Positions 49,010 through 59,484 of a stretch of DNA of 64,000 nt are shown piece by piece. Numbering within the stretch: position 1 is the stretch's first letter; the number at the start of each line of letters is the position of its first letter. The position numbers were made by a program, and so were the translations under genes. Source of the DNA: Candidatus Wildermuthbacteria bacterium (GTDB lineage Bacteria > Patescibacteriota > Minisyncoccia > Minisyncoccales > UBA10102). The notes below the pieces were generated by a model, which saw nothing but the letters and a program-made list of their open reading frames with translations, was not told the origin of the DNA and did not search any database. Location: contig JACPMK010000002.1 in NCBI GenBank assembly GCA_016186115.1, positions 200,983 to 264,982 on the forward strand. Direction: 5' to 3'.

Positions 49010-50653
49010 TCAGTTATGATGCATGATATGAGATATTGCGTATTGCAAGGATGTGCCGACCTTTTTTCGCGGATTAAAAATTCCCTTCGGATCAAAGATT
49101 TCTTTGGTTTTGCGAAAAAGATTGCATACTTCTTTTCCATACATTTGTTTCAAGAATGGCGTACGAATCAATCCATCATTATGTTCTGCGGTAATCGATC
49201 CCCTGTAGCGCATCACCAGATCATACACTTTTTTTGAGAGCGACGGGATGCTGTTTCTCACTTTTGCATCAGTGAGGTCCATCAATGGAATAATATGAAA
49301 ATTCCCATCGCCTGCATGCCCCGCAACGGTGTAAATCAAATCTGGATATTTGGCGAGAATAACATTTAGCTCGGGAAGAAACTTCGGCAGTAGTTCGGGG
49401 CGCACAATGATATCATCAATAAAAGGCGAGCTCTTTTTGTTCTTAACATGATGACGCAAGAGATTGAAGCTCTGTCTGCGAATGGTAAGATATTTTTGCA
49501 CATCGAGGGGTTTTGCTGCGATCCGCGTTTGGATATGAAAATCCGCGATATTCTGCTGCGCTGCCCTTGCCATCTCTTTGGCATTCTTGAGCGAATCAGC
49601 AGTAAACTCTGCCAAGAGTACAAGCTTGGGTAATCCTCCGCTGATCAACATCCGCAATTCCGGCAAAAATTGCCATAATAATGCCAGTATATTTTTTGCT
49701 CCCAAAAGCGAAACGAATTCCAGGAGAAAGCGCAGAACAAGTTTTAGAGTATGATCATCGTACGACTCAAAACTTTCCGGCTTTGATTTAAGAACTCTTC
49801 CTACAATGTCAGCAAGCGGAGATAAATTTTTCAAAAAGATAACCAAAAGCACAGAATGTCTTTTTGCGTCAACAAGCCGTACTTTTGCCTCGGTAATAAT
49901 TCCAAGAGTTCCTTGAGAACCCACCAGAAGTTTCGTCAGGTCGAATATCTCTTTTTCTTTATCCCATACATTCCACAAGAAATATCCTGCGGAATTCTTT
50001 GAAACATTGGGTTTTGCTTTCTGCAAAAGATCCCAGTTCTCATTGATAAGCTTATATATCTTGCTGTAAATTTCTCCTTCCAATCCTTTTTTCCGCAACT
50101 TGGCAGACAATTCTTTTTTTGTGAGAGGGCGGAAGACATATTCGTTGCCGTCGCGCAAAATCACCTTGAGCTCTTCCACGTAGTTTTCTGTTTTTCCGTA
50201 CACCAAACTCTTTTCCCCTCCCGAGTTATTGGCGAGTATGCCGCCGAAAGCGCACATGTCTTTTGAAGCAGGGTATGTTGGAAATAACAAATGATGCCGG
50301 CCGGCCTCTTTTTCAAACACGCGATACAGCAATCCCGGCTCCACTACCGCAGCATGCCCCTCGATTTCTTTCAATTGATTCATGTAGCGGCTGACATCAA
50401 TAATAATCCCTTCATTCAGGGGCCCTCCCGACATATCACTCCCAGCAGATCTGCAGGTTACTGAAAGCTTTTCTTTTGGATGAACATCAATAAAATGGAT
50501 AATCGCTTTGATATCCTCTTTGCCCTTTGGGAACACAACAAGACGCGGCCTGACCTCGAAAATGCTTGCGTCGGTACTGTATTTTTTGAGAGTATTCTCG
50601 TCATCTACAACCTCTCCCCGCACCACACGCTGCAGTTCTTCTTTGATATTCAT
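49010..50653 (-). CDS. FAD-binding oxidoreductase (GlcD/D-lactate dehydrogenase family)
   Basis: YSTDAS, GSQGTLGII, GHAGDGNFH, AEHNDG, DPKGIFNP. Confidence 0.9.
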   Translation of the reverse strand: MNIKEELQRVVRGEVVDDENTLKKYSTDASIFEVRPRLVVFPKGKEDIKAIIHFIDVHPKEKLSVTCRSAGSDMSGGPLNEGIIIDVSRYMNQLKEIEGHAAVVEPGLLYRVFEKEAGRHHLLFPTYPASKDMCAFGGILANNSGGEKSLVYGKTENYVEELKVILRDGNEYVFRPLTKKELSAKLRKKGLEGEIYSKIYKLINENWDLLQKAKPNVSKNSAGYFLWNVWDKEKEIFDLTKLLVGSQGTLGIITEAKVRLVDAKRHSVLLVIFLKNLSPLADIVGRVLKSKPESFESYDDHTLKLVLRFLLEFVSLLGAKNILALLWQFLPELRMLISGGLPKLVLLAEFTADSLKNAKEMARAAQQNIADFHIQTRIAAKPLDVQKYLTIRRQSFNLLRHHVKNKKSSPFIDDIIVRPELLPKFLPELNVILAKYPDLIYTVAGHAGDGNFHIIPLMDLTDAKVRNSIPSLSKKVYDLVMRYRGSITAEHNDGLIRTPFLKQMYGKEVCNLFRKTKEIFDPKGIFNPRKKVGTSLQYAISHIMHHN

Positions 50654-50698
50654 AATGTATCTCTTCCATTGTATAAAGAAATCAGATTTTTTTCTACA

Positions 50699-51256
50699 TT
50701 ATGAATTTTTCAACTGAAATGATTCGAAAATGCGCTGCAATTCTTTTTTACCGTCGGTGCTTTCTGCAAATGCTTTATATGCGACCACCTGAATGATATA
50801 GAGATTGCCTTGTTCCGGATGCTCCCCAAACCCTGACGTGCCATATAACGCATATCCTTCGTTTCCAAACTCCTCGGGAACCGAGATTCCCAGAGGATTT
50901 TCGCAACTATCAACCCTTTCTCCAAACGCAGTAATAAGAGTGGTAAAAAGCACTTCTTTATCTAGTGCTTTACAATCAAATGAAGTGCCGCTCGATTCGG
51001 GAACTTTTGGAAAAATCCCTACAGAGATGAGACGGACTGGAGTATTTTCTCTGCTTGCAACGTAAGTAACCAATGCGGCATTGGAACGGACTTCCTGCGT
51101 TTCCTCTGGTAAAAAAATAGAAAATGTTTTCCCATCGATAACTCCTTGATGGTATCCGGATGAAAGAATCGGCTTTGATCTATACAAAAGATACCCCACT
51201 CCTCCGAGCAGGAAAATTGTGCAAAGAATAAATACGATGGCGTATCTGCGAGACAT
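50699..51256 (-). CDS. membrane-anchored hypothetical protein
   Basis: N-terminal TM; C-terminal RIFESFQL. Confidence 0.7.
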   Translation of the reverse strand: MSRRYAIVFILCTIFLLGGVGYLLYRSKPILSSGYHQGVIDGKTFSIFLPEETQEVRSNAALVTYVASRENTPVRLISVGIFPKVPESSGTSFDCKALDKEVLFTTLITAFGERVDSCENPLGISVPEEFGNEGYALYGTSGFGEHPEQGNLYIIQVVAYKAFAESTDGKKELQRIFESFQLKNS

Positions 51257-51264
51257 AGAAAATA

Positions 51265-51471
51265 TTATTGTTGTATTTCCAATTCTGCTTTCAGTTTTTT
51301 GAATTCATTTTCTGTTTTTTGAAGCTGAGCGCGAATAAATGTAATGAGCTCCACCCCTTCTTTAAATTTCTCCAATCCAAGCTCCACGTCCACATCTTTT
51401 CTGCTCAATTCTTCAATAATTTGTTCGAGCCGCTTTTTCGCTGCTTGAATGGTCTCTTTCTCTTTCGTCAT
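51265..51471 (-). CDS. xseB: exodeoxyribonuclease VII small subunit
   Basis: RLEQIIEEL..LEKFKEGVEL; follows xseA. Confidence 0.88.
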   Translation of the reverse strand: MTKEKETIQAAKKRLEQIIEELSRKDVDVELGLEKFKEGVELITFIRAQLQKTENEFKKLKAELEIQQ

Positions 51472-51487
51472 ATTTTTCGAATACACA

Positions 51488-52744
51488 TCAATTGGTATCA
51501 ATAATATTCTCGACCTGCGAGCCAACTTCCCCTTGCGAAAATTTCGTAAAAATCTTATCCCCCTTCTTTACATCAGACGCACGCTTGATCACTTTTCTAT
51601 CTTCGCTATATACCACACTGTACCCTCTTTGCAAGATATTCTCGGGATTCAAAGACAAAAGCAAAGAATGAGCTGTCTTGAGTTCGCCTTCAAGTGATTG
51701 AAGGATCGCCTCTTTTGCATAGATCAACTGCATGAAATTATTTTCTATGCGGTGAAACTGCTCGAGAATGCCTCCGAATGTATGATGGAGCCGTTCACCC
51801 ATAGTAGCAATAAGAGAAAGACGTTCCTCAAAAATCTCTTCCGTACGACTCGCGCATGCGCTTGCCAGCTCTTCAACAGTACGCATCAATTCTTCTCTGC
51901 TGGTGCGTAAAAATACCGCGGCTGCTGTGGGAGTAGAACAATTTTTATCGGCAACATCGCCTGCGATTGTTTCATCCTTTTCATGGCCAATGCCGCAAAG
52001 AACAGGGATACGCGAGGTTATAATCGCTTCGGCAATTTTCTCTGAATGAAACACCTTGAGATTTTCAAACCCTCCGCCGCCGCGGATCAATACCAGTACA
52101 TCCATATCCGGCCTGTTTTTATTGAACCATTCAAATGCAGAAGCGATACTTTCCTCTGCCTTCTCCCCTTCCACCCATACGCCGTAGAAAAAAATCTGGA
52201 ATCCGTATTCGCCCAGATTGGTTTTGAAATCAAAAATTGCATCCCCATCTTCGGAAGTAATCAATCCGATCTTTTGTATAAATTCAGGAAGTGCACGTTT
52301 TCTTGCCGGATCAAAATATCCTTTTGCGGCCAGTTTCTTTTTTAACTCTTCCAGCGCTCTTTTCCATGCACCTTCTCCATAGGGTTCAATAGCGTCTAAT
52401 ACAATACTAAAATTGCCAGTTTTGTATAAATTTGGCTTTCCCGTAATCACAACTTCCATGCCTTCTTGCAGTAAATGGTTGAATCTGCCGAATTGCCAGC
52501 CGAATAAAGCGCATTTCAACACAAACTCTTTGCCATTGGAATCTTTCAAATCAAAAAAGGCCATTGCTCCCTTTCTTTTTGCGATGTTGCTTATCTCGCC
52601 CCTCACCTTGAGAATGCCGAGTTTTGAAACCGCTTCATTCACAAGGAAATGGCACTCCTCCACCGACAAAATAACCCGGCCATCCGCATCAACCTCGGGC
52701 TTTCGATACGAACTTGGAACAGATTGAGGAAAATTCTCTTCCAT
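51488..52744 (-). CDS. xseA: exodeoxyribonuclease VII large subunit
   Basis: VRGEISN, RGGG, GIGHEKD, TPTAAA, LQRGYS. Confidence 0.95.
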   Translation of the reverse strand: MEENFPQSVPSSYRKPEVDADGRVILSVEECHFLVNEAVSKLGILKVRGEISNIAKRKGAMAFFDLKDSNGKEFVLKCALFGWQFGRFNHLLQEGMEVVITGKPNLYKTGNFSIVLDAIEPYGEGAWKRALEELKKKLAAKGYFDPARKRALPEFIQKIGLITSEDGDAIFDFKTNLGEYGFQIFFYGVWVEGEKAEESIASAFEWFNKNRPDMDVLVLIRGGGGFENLKVFHSEKIAEAIITSRIPVLCGIGHEKDETIAGDVADKNCSTPTAAAVFLRTSREELMRTVEELASACASRTEEIFEERLSLIATMGERLHHTFGGILEQFHRIENNFMQLIYAKEAILQSLEGELKTAHSLLLSLNPENILQRGYSVVYSEDRKVIKRASDVKKGDKIFTKFSQGEVGSQVENIIDTN

Positions 52745-52851
52745 TTTTTTATTTTCTCATGATTACGCAATACAGGTCAAATGGAAAGAACGCATTTGAC
52801 TAATTGAACGCTATAGCATATAAACCAAGCAGCATAAGAAGGAGGCACAGC

Positions 52852-53757
52852 ATGGTATTTTTTGTATTCACCGCATATCTTGCCGTGGCAGGAAGCGGCC
52901 AGATTTTAATGAAATCCGTAGCCGACGAACTTCCGAGAGCGAAGGCGTTGGCTGTGCAATTCCTATGCGCTGCAATCCTTGGGTGGGCTATAGCCCTTTT
53001 CATGCGCGATATCCGACTAGAACGGGAACTGCTGATCATTGTAGGGGTGGGGTTTATAAACGCATTCGGGGCTTTTGCGCAATGGGAGGCGATAGGAATC
53101 AGTTTGTCAAAAACCGCGATTCTCTATCCCCTCTCGGGGGTTCTTACTGCTGCGCTCGCTGCCTTGTTCTTGAAAGAGGCCGAACTTTACGCAAACAGCT
53201 GGCTTGTCGGAGGAGTTCTATTGCTCTTCGTCGCTGCCTTCTTACTCAACCTAGGCAAGAAAAACAAAAAAAGTAAAGAGGCGAGTGACGAAATTCCTGC
53301 TAAAAAGCGTGTGATCAAGTGGGCCATTGCTATCGCGGCAATGGTGGCGATCTTCGGAATAGTCCAGTTTATGATGAAGGCCTTTGCTGTAGACGGCATT
53401 GGCAAGGTTGCCTTTATTAGCCATTGGTATTCCGGCGCATTTTTGGGATCTCTTGGAATACTGGCTATTGCAGCACTTCGAAAGCAAAAGGATCAAAGAA
53501 AGTTCTTTGGGGAGCATACTTGGAAACTTCCGCTGTTGGCAACTTTTATCTTCCTAAACCTTGGGGCAACCTATTGGGCATTCCAAGTAGCTCCGGCTGG
53601 AGTGGTGGCACCGCTATTCAACTTTGCACAGGCAGTGCTACCAATTGGCATTGGCCTCTTGATTTTTCACGAGAGAAAAGGGCTGAAAATCAGCCATACC
53701 CTTGGATTTCTGCTCGGATTAATGGGAATTCTGGCGATTGCCATCGGATTCTATTGA
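52852..53757 (+). CDS. EamA/DMT-family transporter
   Basis: About 10 TM helices in two repeats; SD AAGGAGG before ATG 52852. Confidence 0.8.
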   Translation: MVFFVFTAYLAVAGSGQILMKSVADELPRAKALAVQFLCAAILGWAIALFMRDIRLERELLIIVGVGFINAFGAFAQWEAIGISLSKTAILYPLSGVLTAALAALFLKEAELYANSWLVGGVLLLFVAAFLLNLGKKNKKSKEASDEIPAKKRVIKWAIAIAAMVAIFGIVQFMMKAFAVDGIGKVAFISHWYSGAFLGSLGILAIAALRKQKDQRKFFGEHTWKLPLLATFIFLNLGATYWAFQVAPAGVVAPLFNFAQAVLPIGIGLLIFHERKGLKISHTLGFLLGLMGILAIAIGFY

Positions 53758-53797
53758 ATAAGAACCAGCCAAGAAGGGCGCATCCAAGGATGCGCCC

Positions 53798-54571
53798 TTA
53801 TGATTTATGGTCTTCGGCAACAGCATACCTCCATTTGCCGTATTGGTCGCGGAAGAATGCAAAATGCTCCCAGCCGAATTTATGCAACAATTTTGCGATG
53901 GCATTTTTCTGAAAAGAATCAAATTCCATGTATAATTTGCCCCCCGGCGCGAGATGGTCCTGTGCCCTCTGCAACAGTACACGTATATAGCGCAAACCGT
54001 CTTTACCGCCAAAGAGCGCGCTCTTTGGCTCCCATTGCAATACTGATTTTTGCACTCTGTTTTTTCTTGATTCTGCAATATACGGCGGATTTGCAAAAAT
54101 ATAATCGTATTTTCCGGCTATATTTGAAAAAACATTTGATTGCAAAATTCTATATCTCTTGGAATCAATGCGATTTATCTCTGCATTGATCTTTATTTGT
54201 TCTCCAAATTTCTTGCTCTTCTCCACAAAATCCAATACTGCATGAGGAACGTGTTTGAGTATCGCAATGCCAACACAGCCAGAACCAGCGAACAAATCCA
54301 AAACTTGTATTTTGTATTTAGTGTTTGATATTTGGTATTTTATCTCTTCAACAACTCGCTCAACCCAGTATTCGGTTTCGGGGCGAGGAATAAAAGGCCC
54401 TTTCGATAAATCGATTTTACAGCCGAGAAACTGTACAGAGCCAATAACATAATCAAGCGGCTCCCCTGCTTTGAGCCGCTCTATATCTTTTTGGGCTTCT
54501 CTCGTCATTCTGCCGCCGTATTTCTCTTCCAGAAGCCAACAAATCTCTCGCTGTAAATTTCTTTTGCTCAA
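53798..54571 (-). CDS. prmC: release factor glutamine methyltransferase
   Basis: GEPLDYVIG, IPRPETE, LDLFAGSG, NPPY. Confidence 0.93.
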   Translation of the reverse strand: MSKRNLQREICWLLEEKYGGRMTREAQKDIERLKAGEPLDYVIGSVQFLGCKIDLSKGPFIPRPETEYWVERVVEEIKYQISNTKYKIQVLDLFAGSGCVGIAILKHVPHAVLDFVEKSKKFGEQIKINAEINRIDSKRYRILQSNVFSNIAGKYDYIFANPPYIAESRKNRVQKSVLQWEPKSALFGGKDGLRYIRVLLQRAQDHLAPGGKLYMEFDSFQKNAIAKLLHKFGWEHFAFFRDQYGKWRYAVAEDHKS

Positions 54572-54757
54572 TTATTTAATACCCAGATACTCCCCGGCAT
54601 GAAGATGAGGGGCAATCCGGCCGAGCTTTTTTACTACATCCTCTTTTTGTTCCTTGGTCTTTGCAGCAGCAAACTGCTTTCGTAGTTTTCGCAGTTTTGC
54701 CTTAAGCTGCTGCTTGCGACGAATGACGAATTTTCTTCTTCTAACAGATATTTTCAT
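54572..54757 (-). CDS. small highly basic protein
   Basis: 61 aa, K/R rich; -10-like TATACA just upstream. Confidence 0.6.
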   Translation of the reverse strand: MKISVRRRKFVIRRKQQLKAKLRKLRKQFAAAKTKEQKEDVVKKLGRIAPHLHAGEYLGIK

Positions 54758-55120
54758 ACTTGTTGTATACCAGAGGAGCTCGAAAAAATCAAGACATAAA
54801 AAAATCCCGCCCCGGTTCCTCTGAAAGGAAAGGCCGAAGCGAGATTGCATAGTAACCAGTACCTAGCAAAACCTTGGAAGGTTTTTGAGAGATATGAAGT
54901 TGTAGAATAATGAGTATTTTCCGTCTTAAGTATCGTCGTACAGATAAAGCATTGCAGAAAAACTTCTGCGGTATTGCGCCAAACGTATTGCGTTGCGCAG
55001 TATTTCCAAAATTCGCTTTACCATAAATAAATACATTAATTGAGTATAGAAACGACCTTGAAAGAAGCAGCACTTCTTATCCCTATCTATCTTTACTAAC
55101 CAATCTCCATAAAAAAGGTT

Positions 55121-55672
55121 TCATTTTAAAAGCGCGGTTTCTTCCAAACGTCTCCGCGCCCTGAAAAGCAAAAGTTTGATTGCATTCTCGCTTTTCGCCA
55201 TTGCGTGGGCAATTTCTTTCACCGGAAGCTCCTCGCGATAATATCTGGTCACAACCTCTTTCTCTCTCAAGGGAAGCACCTCAATTGCCTTTGTGACAAT
55301 TTCTGCTTCCAGTTTTCGCTCGACCTTCTCGGCAACGTTTTCCTTATCGTCTTTGATATATTCTTGGAGCGATTCATCAAGCGGTACATACCCCTTTCTG
55401 CGGTAGTGATTAACCAACAAATTATGAGCAATACGGAGTAGATATGTTAGATAAGAATACCCTTGAGCGTGAAATTTTGGCAGGCCCCGAAACGCCCGCA
55501 AAAAGGTCTCCTGCATTAAATCCTCTGCCAGTTCTTTTTTCCTTCCTATCCTCCGCCACAGATAGCCGTATACTCTTTTGGTATATTTCGAATAAAGGCC
55601 GCCAAACATCTCTTTATTGCTCTTTGCTGCAGCAATAAGGCGAGAATCTTCGTGGTTTTGCTTCGCGCTCAT
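55121..55672 (-). CDS. ECF-type sigma factor
   Basis: AEDLMQETFLRA region 2; EIAHAM..AIKLLLFRARRRL region 4. Confidence 0.92.
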   Translation of the reverse strand: MSAKQNHEDSRLIAAAKSNKEMFGGLYSKYTKRVYGYLWRRIGRKKELAEDLMQETFLRAFRGLPKFHAQGYSYLTYLLRIAHNLLVNHYRRKGYVPLDESLQEYIKDDKENVAEKVERKLEAEIVTKAIEVLPLREKEVVTRYYREELPVKEIAHAMAKSENAIKLLLFRARRRLEETALLK

Positions 55673-55773
55673 AAGATTGGAGACGCATAGGAAAAACAAT
55701 TCTTTCAGCCGAGAATTAAAATAGACAGGCTAAGCCTGTCTAATGAATAAAATGATCAATAAATGATCAAGAT

Positions 55774-56448
55774 TCAGAAGCACTTGGTCTGATCTGGATT
55801 AGAGGCAGGATCTTGCGCGCAGTTTAAGCAATATCCCGGATAATTCATGGGCCTTTTGTGATGAGAACGACACGGTCCGGAAATGCAGTAATAAATAGAA
55901 CTATTGGCCTTAAAATTTGCTGCCCAGTCAAGTTTGGGTATCGTACAGCCCGTAAGATTATTGTCATCATCTCTATACTCGGGGCAAAAACGAAGACCCA
56001 CTTGATACACTTCTTCGCAAGGGACATACCATGTTGCTGTTCCATTGGGCGGAGGATCATTGGGATCCGCAAAATCCCAGTCATACAAAGTTCCCGGCCA
56101 AGGCCCCACAGGCCAACCGCCCAAGTACTTGTTCCCAAAGTTTGCTGGATCAGGATCAATACCCCTGTCAGCATCAGAAGGATACTTCCCATTCTGTTCC
56201 TTATAGAGATACGCCGCAAGAGCAATTGAGCGAAGCTCTTGTTTTGCCCTTGCGAAATATGCTTTCTCTTTTGCGCTGCTCAAATTTACAAAAACAATGT
56301 TTGCGAGAATCCCAAGAACGGCGATCACAATCAACAATTCAATAAGCGTAAAGCTCCTCTTTTTTCGCTTTCGCCAAGCATGACTCGACTTTCGCTTAAA
56401 AAACGAATGGACTAATCTCCAAAGATTTAACTTTCCAAAGATGAGCAT
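55774..56448 (-). CDS. type IV pilin/pseudopilin-like protein
   Basis: FTLIELLIVIAVLGILA; GKYP; Cys-rich C-terminus. Confidence 0.85.
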   Translation of the reverse strand: MLIFGKLNLWRLVHSFFKRKSSHAWRKRKKRSFTLIELLIVIAVLGILANIVFVNLSSAKEKAYFARAKQELRSIALAAYLYKEQNGKYPSDADRGIDPDPANFGNKYLGGWPVGPWPGTLYDWDFADPNDPPPNGTATWYVPCEEVYQVGLRFCPEYRDDDNNLTGCTIPKLDWAANFKANSSIYYCISGPCRSHHKRPMNYPGYCLNCAQDPASNPDQTKCF

Positions 56449-56455
56449 TGTTTTA

Positions 56456-56962
56456 TTATATACCGCTCTCCGCCCTTGTCCACTTGCAGCCGATTTTCCT
56501 TTCCATTGCGTCTTTTTCCGCCTGCACAATTTCATCTCTATACTTTGCCTGCTCTGAATAAAAGCGCACGATTACGAGCCCTTCCTCGGCAAGCTGTGTG
56601 CTCGCGTTCCGACTACCGACAAAAAGAAATCTTAAATATCGCTGATACTGATCCTTGTCTTCCGTATCTTTTTCGAGCCCAACCTCTTTGTTGAGAACAA
56701 GTTCTTCGAGACGCTTTTTTGCTGCTTCATAGCATGGATATCCTTTTTCATCAGCATCAATTCCTAAAAGGCGTATGGCGCGGCCTCCTTGCCCAATAAC
56801 AGTATCGCCATCAATAATTTTTGTAATAAAGATGCGAGAAGGAACTCCCTCTGATTCCCTCACGTTTTCCTCGCTGGACCCGCTAAGATATATTCCTGCG
56901 ATTGAAACAAAGGCGATAAAAACAATGAAAACGACGGGTTGCGTATGGAATAAATTTTTCAT
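56456..56962 (-). CDS. thermonuclease (SNase) family protein
   Basis: IIDGDT, IRLLGIDA.E, DQYQRYL. Confidence 0.9.
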   Translation of the reverse strand: MKNLFHTQPVVFIVFIAFVSIAGIYLSGSSEENVRESEGVPSRIFITKIIDGDTVIGQGGRAIRLLGIDADEKGYPCYEAAKKRLEELVLNKEVGLEKDTEDKDQYQRYLRFLFVGSRNASTQLAEEGLVIVRFYSEQAKYRDEIVQAEKDAMERKIGCKWTRAESGI

Positions 56963-57072
56963 AGTTACTTTCTCCTATTATTGCACAATGTAAGAAATCC
57001 TTCCTCCTCTCGTCTTTGCAAAATGCATACTCTCCGCTTGATCTGTTTTTTAAAAATTATACAATAAAACTT

Positions 57073-58065
57073 ATGTACCGCATCTTATCTTCTGTCCTTA
57101 CGCTTGCCATTCTGCTCCTCCTTGTGGGGGCAAGCAGTTTTTATATTGGCACTGGATTGATGATGAAAAAGTTATCGAGTCAGGAGACCTCGTTCAATGA
57201 AAAAATCGCCTCATTGGAACAACAGCTCAACGACGTAAACAGCCAATTGCAAAATGGACAGAAACAAATAACGCAACTAAGCATAGACACCCTCAACTCT
57301 CATATCCCCACAGCTGAACTACAGCGACGACAAGAGGTTATCGTACAACAGTCAAAAGAGGACACTCTTACAAATATAGTAGAGCGAACTACGCCGGGAG
57401 TTGTTTCGATTGTGGTATCAAAGGATGTCCCACAGCTAGAGGTTGTATACCAGAATCCTTTTGGCGATGATCCCTTTTTCAAGAATTTTGGTTTTCAGGT
57501 TCCCGTATATCGCCAGAAAGGAACAATTCGTCAAAAAGTAGGGGCCGGCACAGGATTCCTGATCACGCGTGACGGATATATCCTGACAAATAAACATGTC
57601 GTTGATGATTCTGCCGCAATCTATACCGTTCTTCTCGCCAATGGAGATCAAAAACAGGCCAAAGTAATATACAGAGATTCAAACCAAGATATCGCTCTCA
57701 TCAAAATTGACGGGTCCCATACTCCTCTCATGCTTGGCGACTCAACCACTTCCAAGCTTGGAGAGACGGTTGTAGCAATTGGAAATGCATTAGGCGAATA
57801 CAATAACTCCGTGTCGGTTGGTATTATCTCGGGACTCGATCGTACGATTCAGGCAGCCGATTCTCGCGGCCGCATCGAGACCATTAAAGGTGTCATTCAA
57901 ACCGATGCTGCCATTAACCGCGGAAATTCTGGAGGGCCTTTAATCAATCTCGAAGGCAAGGTCATCGGAATCAATGTCGCGACTGTTGCGGGCTCCAATA
58001 ATATCAGTTTTGCCATTCCGATCAACATAGCAAAAAGCATCCTTGTTTCAGTGCTCGAAAAATAA
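57073..58065 (+). CDS. HtrA-like trypsin serine protease lacking PDZ domain
   Basis: TNKHVV, DIALIKI, TDAAINRGNSGGPL; ends right after the protease domain. Confidence 0.92.
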   Translation: MYRILSSVLTLAILLLLVGASSFYIGTGLMMKKLSSQETSFNEKIASLEQQLNDVNSQLQNGQKQITQLSIDTLNSHIPTAELQRRQEVIVQQSKEDTLTNIVERTTPGVVSIVVSKDVPQLEVVYQNPFGDDPFFKNFGFQVPVYRQKGTIRQKVGAGTGFLITRDGYILTNKHVVDDSAAIYTVLLANGDQKQAKVIYRDSNQDIALIKIDGSHTPLMLGDSTTSKLGETVVAIGNALGEYNNSVSVGIISGLDRTIQAADSRGRIETIKGVIQTDAAINRGNSGGPLINLEGKVIGINVATVAGSNNISFAIPINIAKSILVSVLEK

Positions 58066-58094
58066 AACGTGCAAGTTTTGTATTGTTATTTTCC

Positions 58095-58859
58095 CTAGGA
58101 ATTTTCTTTGAGAAATTTAAGAATCGCCTGCGCAATACCCTGTGCGGCCATAGCAGGGTTTGTCACGAGAATTGCCCGATCGCGAGGATTCGAAAGATAC
58201 CCAGTTTCGATAATCGCAGCCGGGGTTGTGGGATGAACTGCGTACAGAAACTTTTTCCAATTGAATGCGTAATAGTAAGGCATGGTCGCTGGAATATACC
58301 TTTCTTGATTGAGCCAAGTTGCTGTACGGTATTCTTTATTGAGCAGTTGCGCAAGTTGTTTTGCTTTGCCGCTTTGATCATACGCAGAAGCCGCGGCTTT
58401 AAATCCCGAGGCATAAGGCAAAAGCGGATTTTGATCCGCATGAATTGCGACAAAGACATCCGCCTTGTACACGCCTGGCAAAACAGCCGGCAGCAATGTA
58501 ACTCCAATTCCCTCTTTTTCAAGAAGCGCTGCCGTTTTTTGGGCAATTTCAAGATTCACTTCCCATTCTATTTTTCCTCCGCCTCGCGCCTGTCTCGACT
58601 GATACAATCTCTGCAATTCCCAAGGAATTCCTTCTAACTTCCAATGCCCCACCTGCAAAGCCACCTGCCAGCGTTTGCCAGAAGCAGAAGACGCTTTGAC
58701 CGGATTCTCAAAAGCGAGCGCTCGCACCTGTTCCCTCAATAAAAGAGCCTGCTGCTGGATTTGTGCAAGTTGATTCTTGATTCCCGTATCTGCGGAAACA
58801 AAAAAAGGGGCAAGCCCAATCGCTACTACTCCTAATCCAATCAGAAGAGGTTTTTTCAT
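58095..58859 (-). CDS. N-acetylmuramoyl-L-alanine amidase (Amidase_3)
   Basis: QVGH, EWEVN, AIHAD, IIETGYLSN zinc/catalytic motifs. Confidence 0.85.
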   Translation of the reverse strand: MKKPLLIGLGVVAIGLAPFFVSADTGIKNQLAQIQQQALLLREQVRALAFENPVKASSASGKRWQVALQVGHWKLEGIPWELQRLYQSRQARGGGKIEWEVNLEIAQKTAALLEKEGIGVTLLPAVLPGVYKADVFVAIHADQNPLLPYASGFKAAASAYDQSGKAKQLAQLLNKEYRTATWLNQERYIPATMPYYYAFNWKKFLYAVHPTTPAAIIETGYLSNPRDRAILVTNPAMAAQGIAQAILKFLKENS

Positions 58860-58964
58860 GCTATCTATGGTATCTCCTCCATGCTTCCTGTACAAGCTCT
58901 TCTTCAGGAAGAATAAAAATTTCTTATACTCTGCGAAATAAATTTCGCAGAGCGAAAGAAACTT

Positions 58965-59168
58965 CTATTTTGCAAATTTCTTTGGAAGTATCGTGACAGC
59001 CATGTAAAGGGCGGAGAGTCCCACCAAAACATAAACTACACGCGCGACGATGGACTCTTCTCCTCCAAAAATTGTTGCAACGATATCCAAGTTCAAAAGA
59101 CCAACCAGCCCCCAGTTCAAACCGCCGATAAGAACAAGAATGAGTGCGACCAATTCCAACATCTTCAT
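58965..59168 (-). CDS. DUF378 family membrane protein
   Basis: LVLIGGLNWGLVG..VYVLVGLSALY. Confidence 0.9.
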   Translation of the reverse strand: MKMLELVALILVLIGGLNWGLVGLLNLDIVATIFGGEESIVARVVYVLVGLSALYMAVTILPKKFAK

Positions 59169-59256
59169 ATATGATGTATAAAAATAAGCATCTATTTCTT
59201 AACCGACCTTTTATGTATTGTACCATGCCCAGCCAATAAAATAATCCACAGCCGCG

Positions 59257-59478
59257 CTATTGCTGAATGTCAAGAATTTTACTTTTCGAGGTAAACCCGG
59301 AAATAATTCGTATATTCGACGGCGAAATCAGAAAATACAATGCCAAAACTTTAATAATAGCCGCATTTGCCCTCCCCTGCACCGGCGGCTCTTTTACCGA
59401 AACGATAAAATGTTCCTCATCAATTTTTTCCAGTTTCTCTTCTTTCGCATTCGGTTTTGCCTTCACGAAAATTTTCAT
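59257..59478 (-). CDS. DUF167/YggU family protein
   Basis: VKAKPNAK, PPVQGRAN, GFTSKSK. Confidence 0.9.
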   Translation of the reverse strand: MKIFVKAKPNAKEEKLEKIDEEHFIVSVKEPPVQGRANAAIIKVLALYFLISPSNIRIISGFTSKSKILDIQQ

Positions 59479-59484
59479 CTTTTT

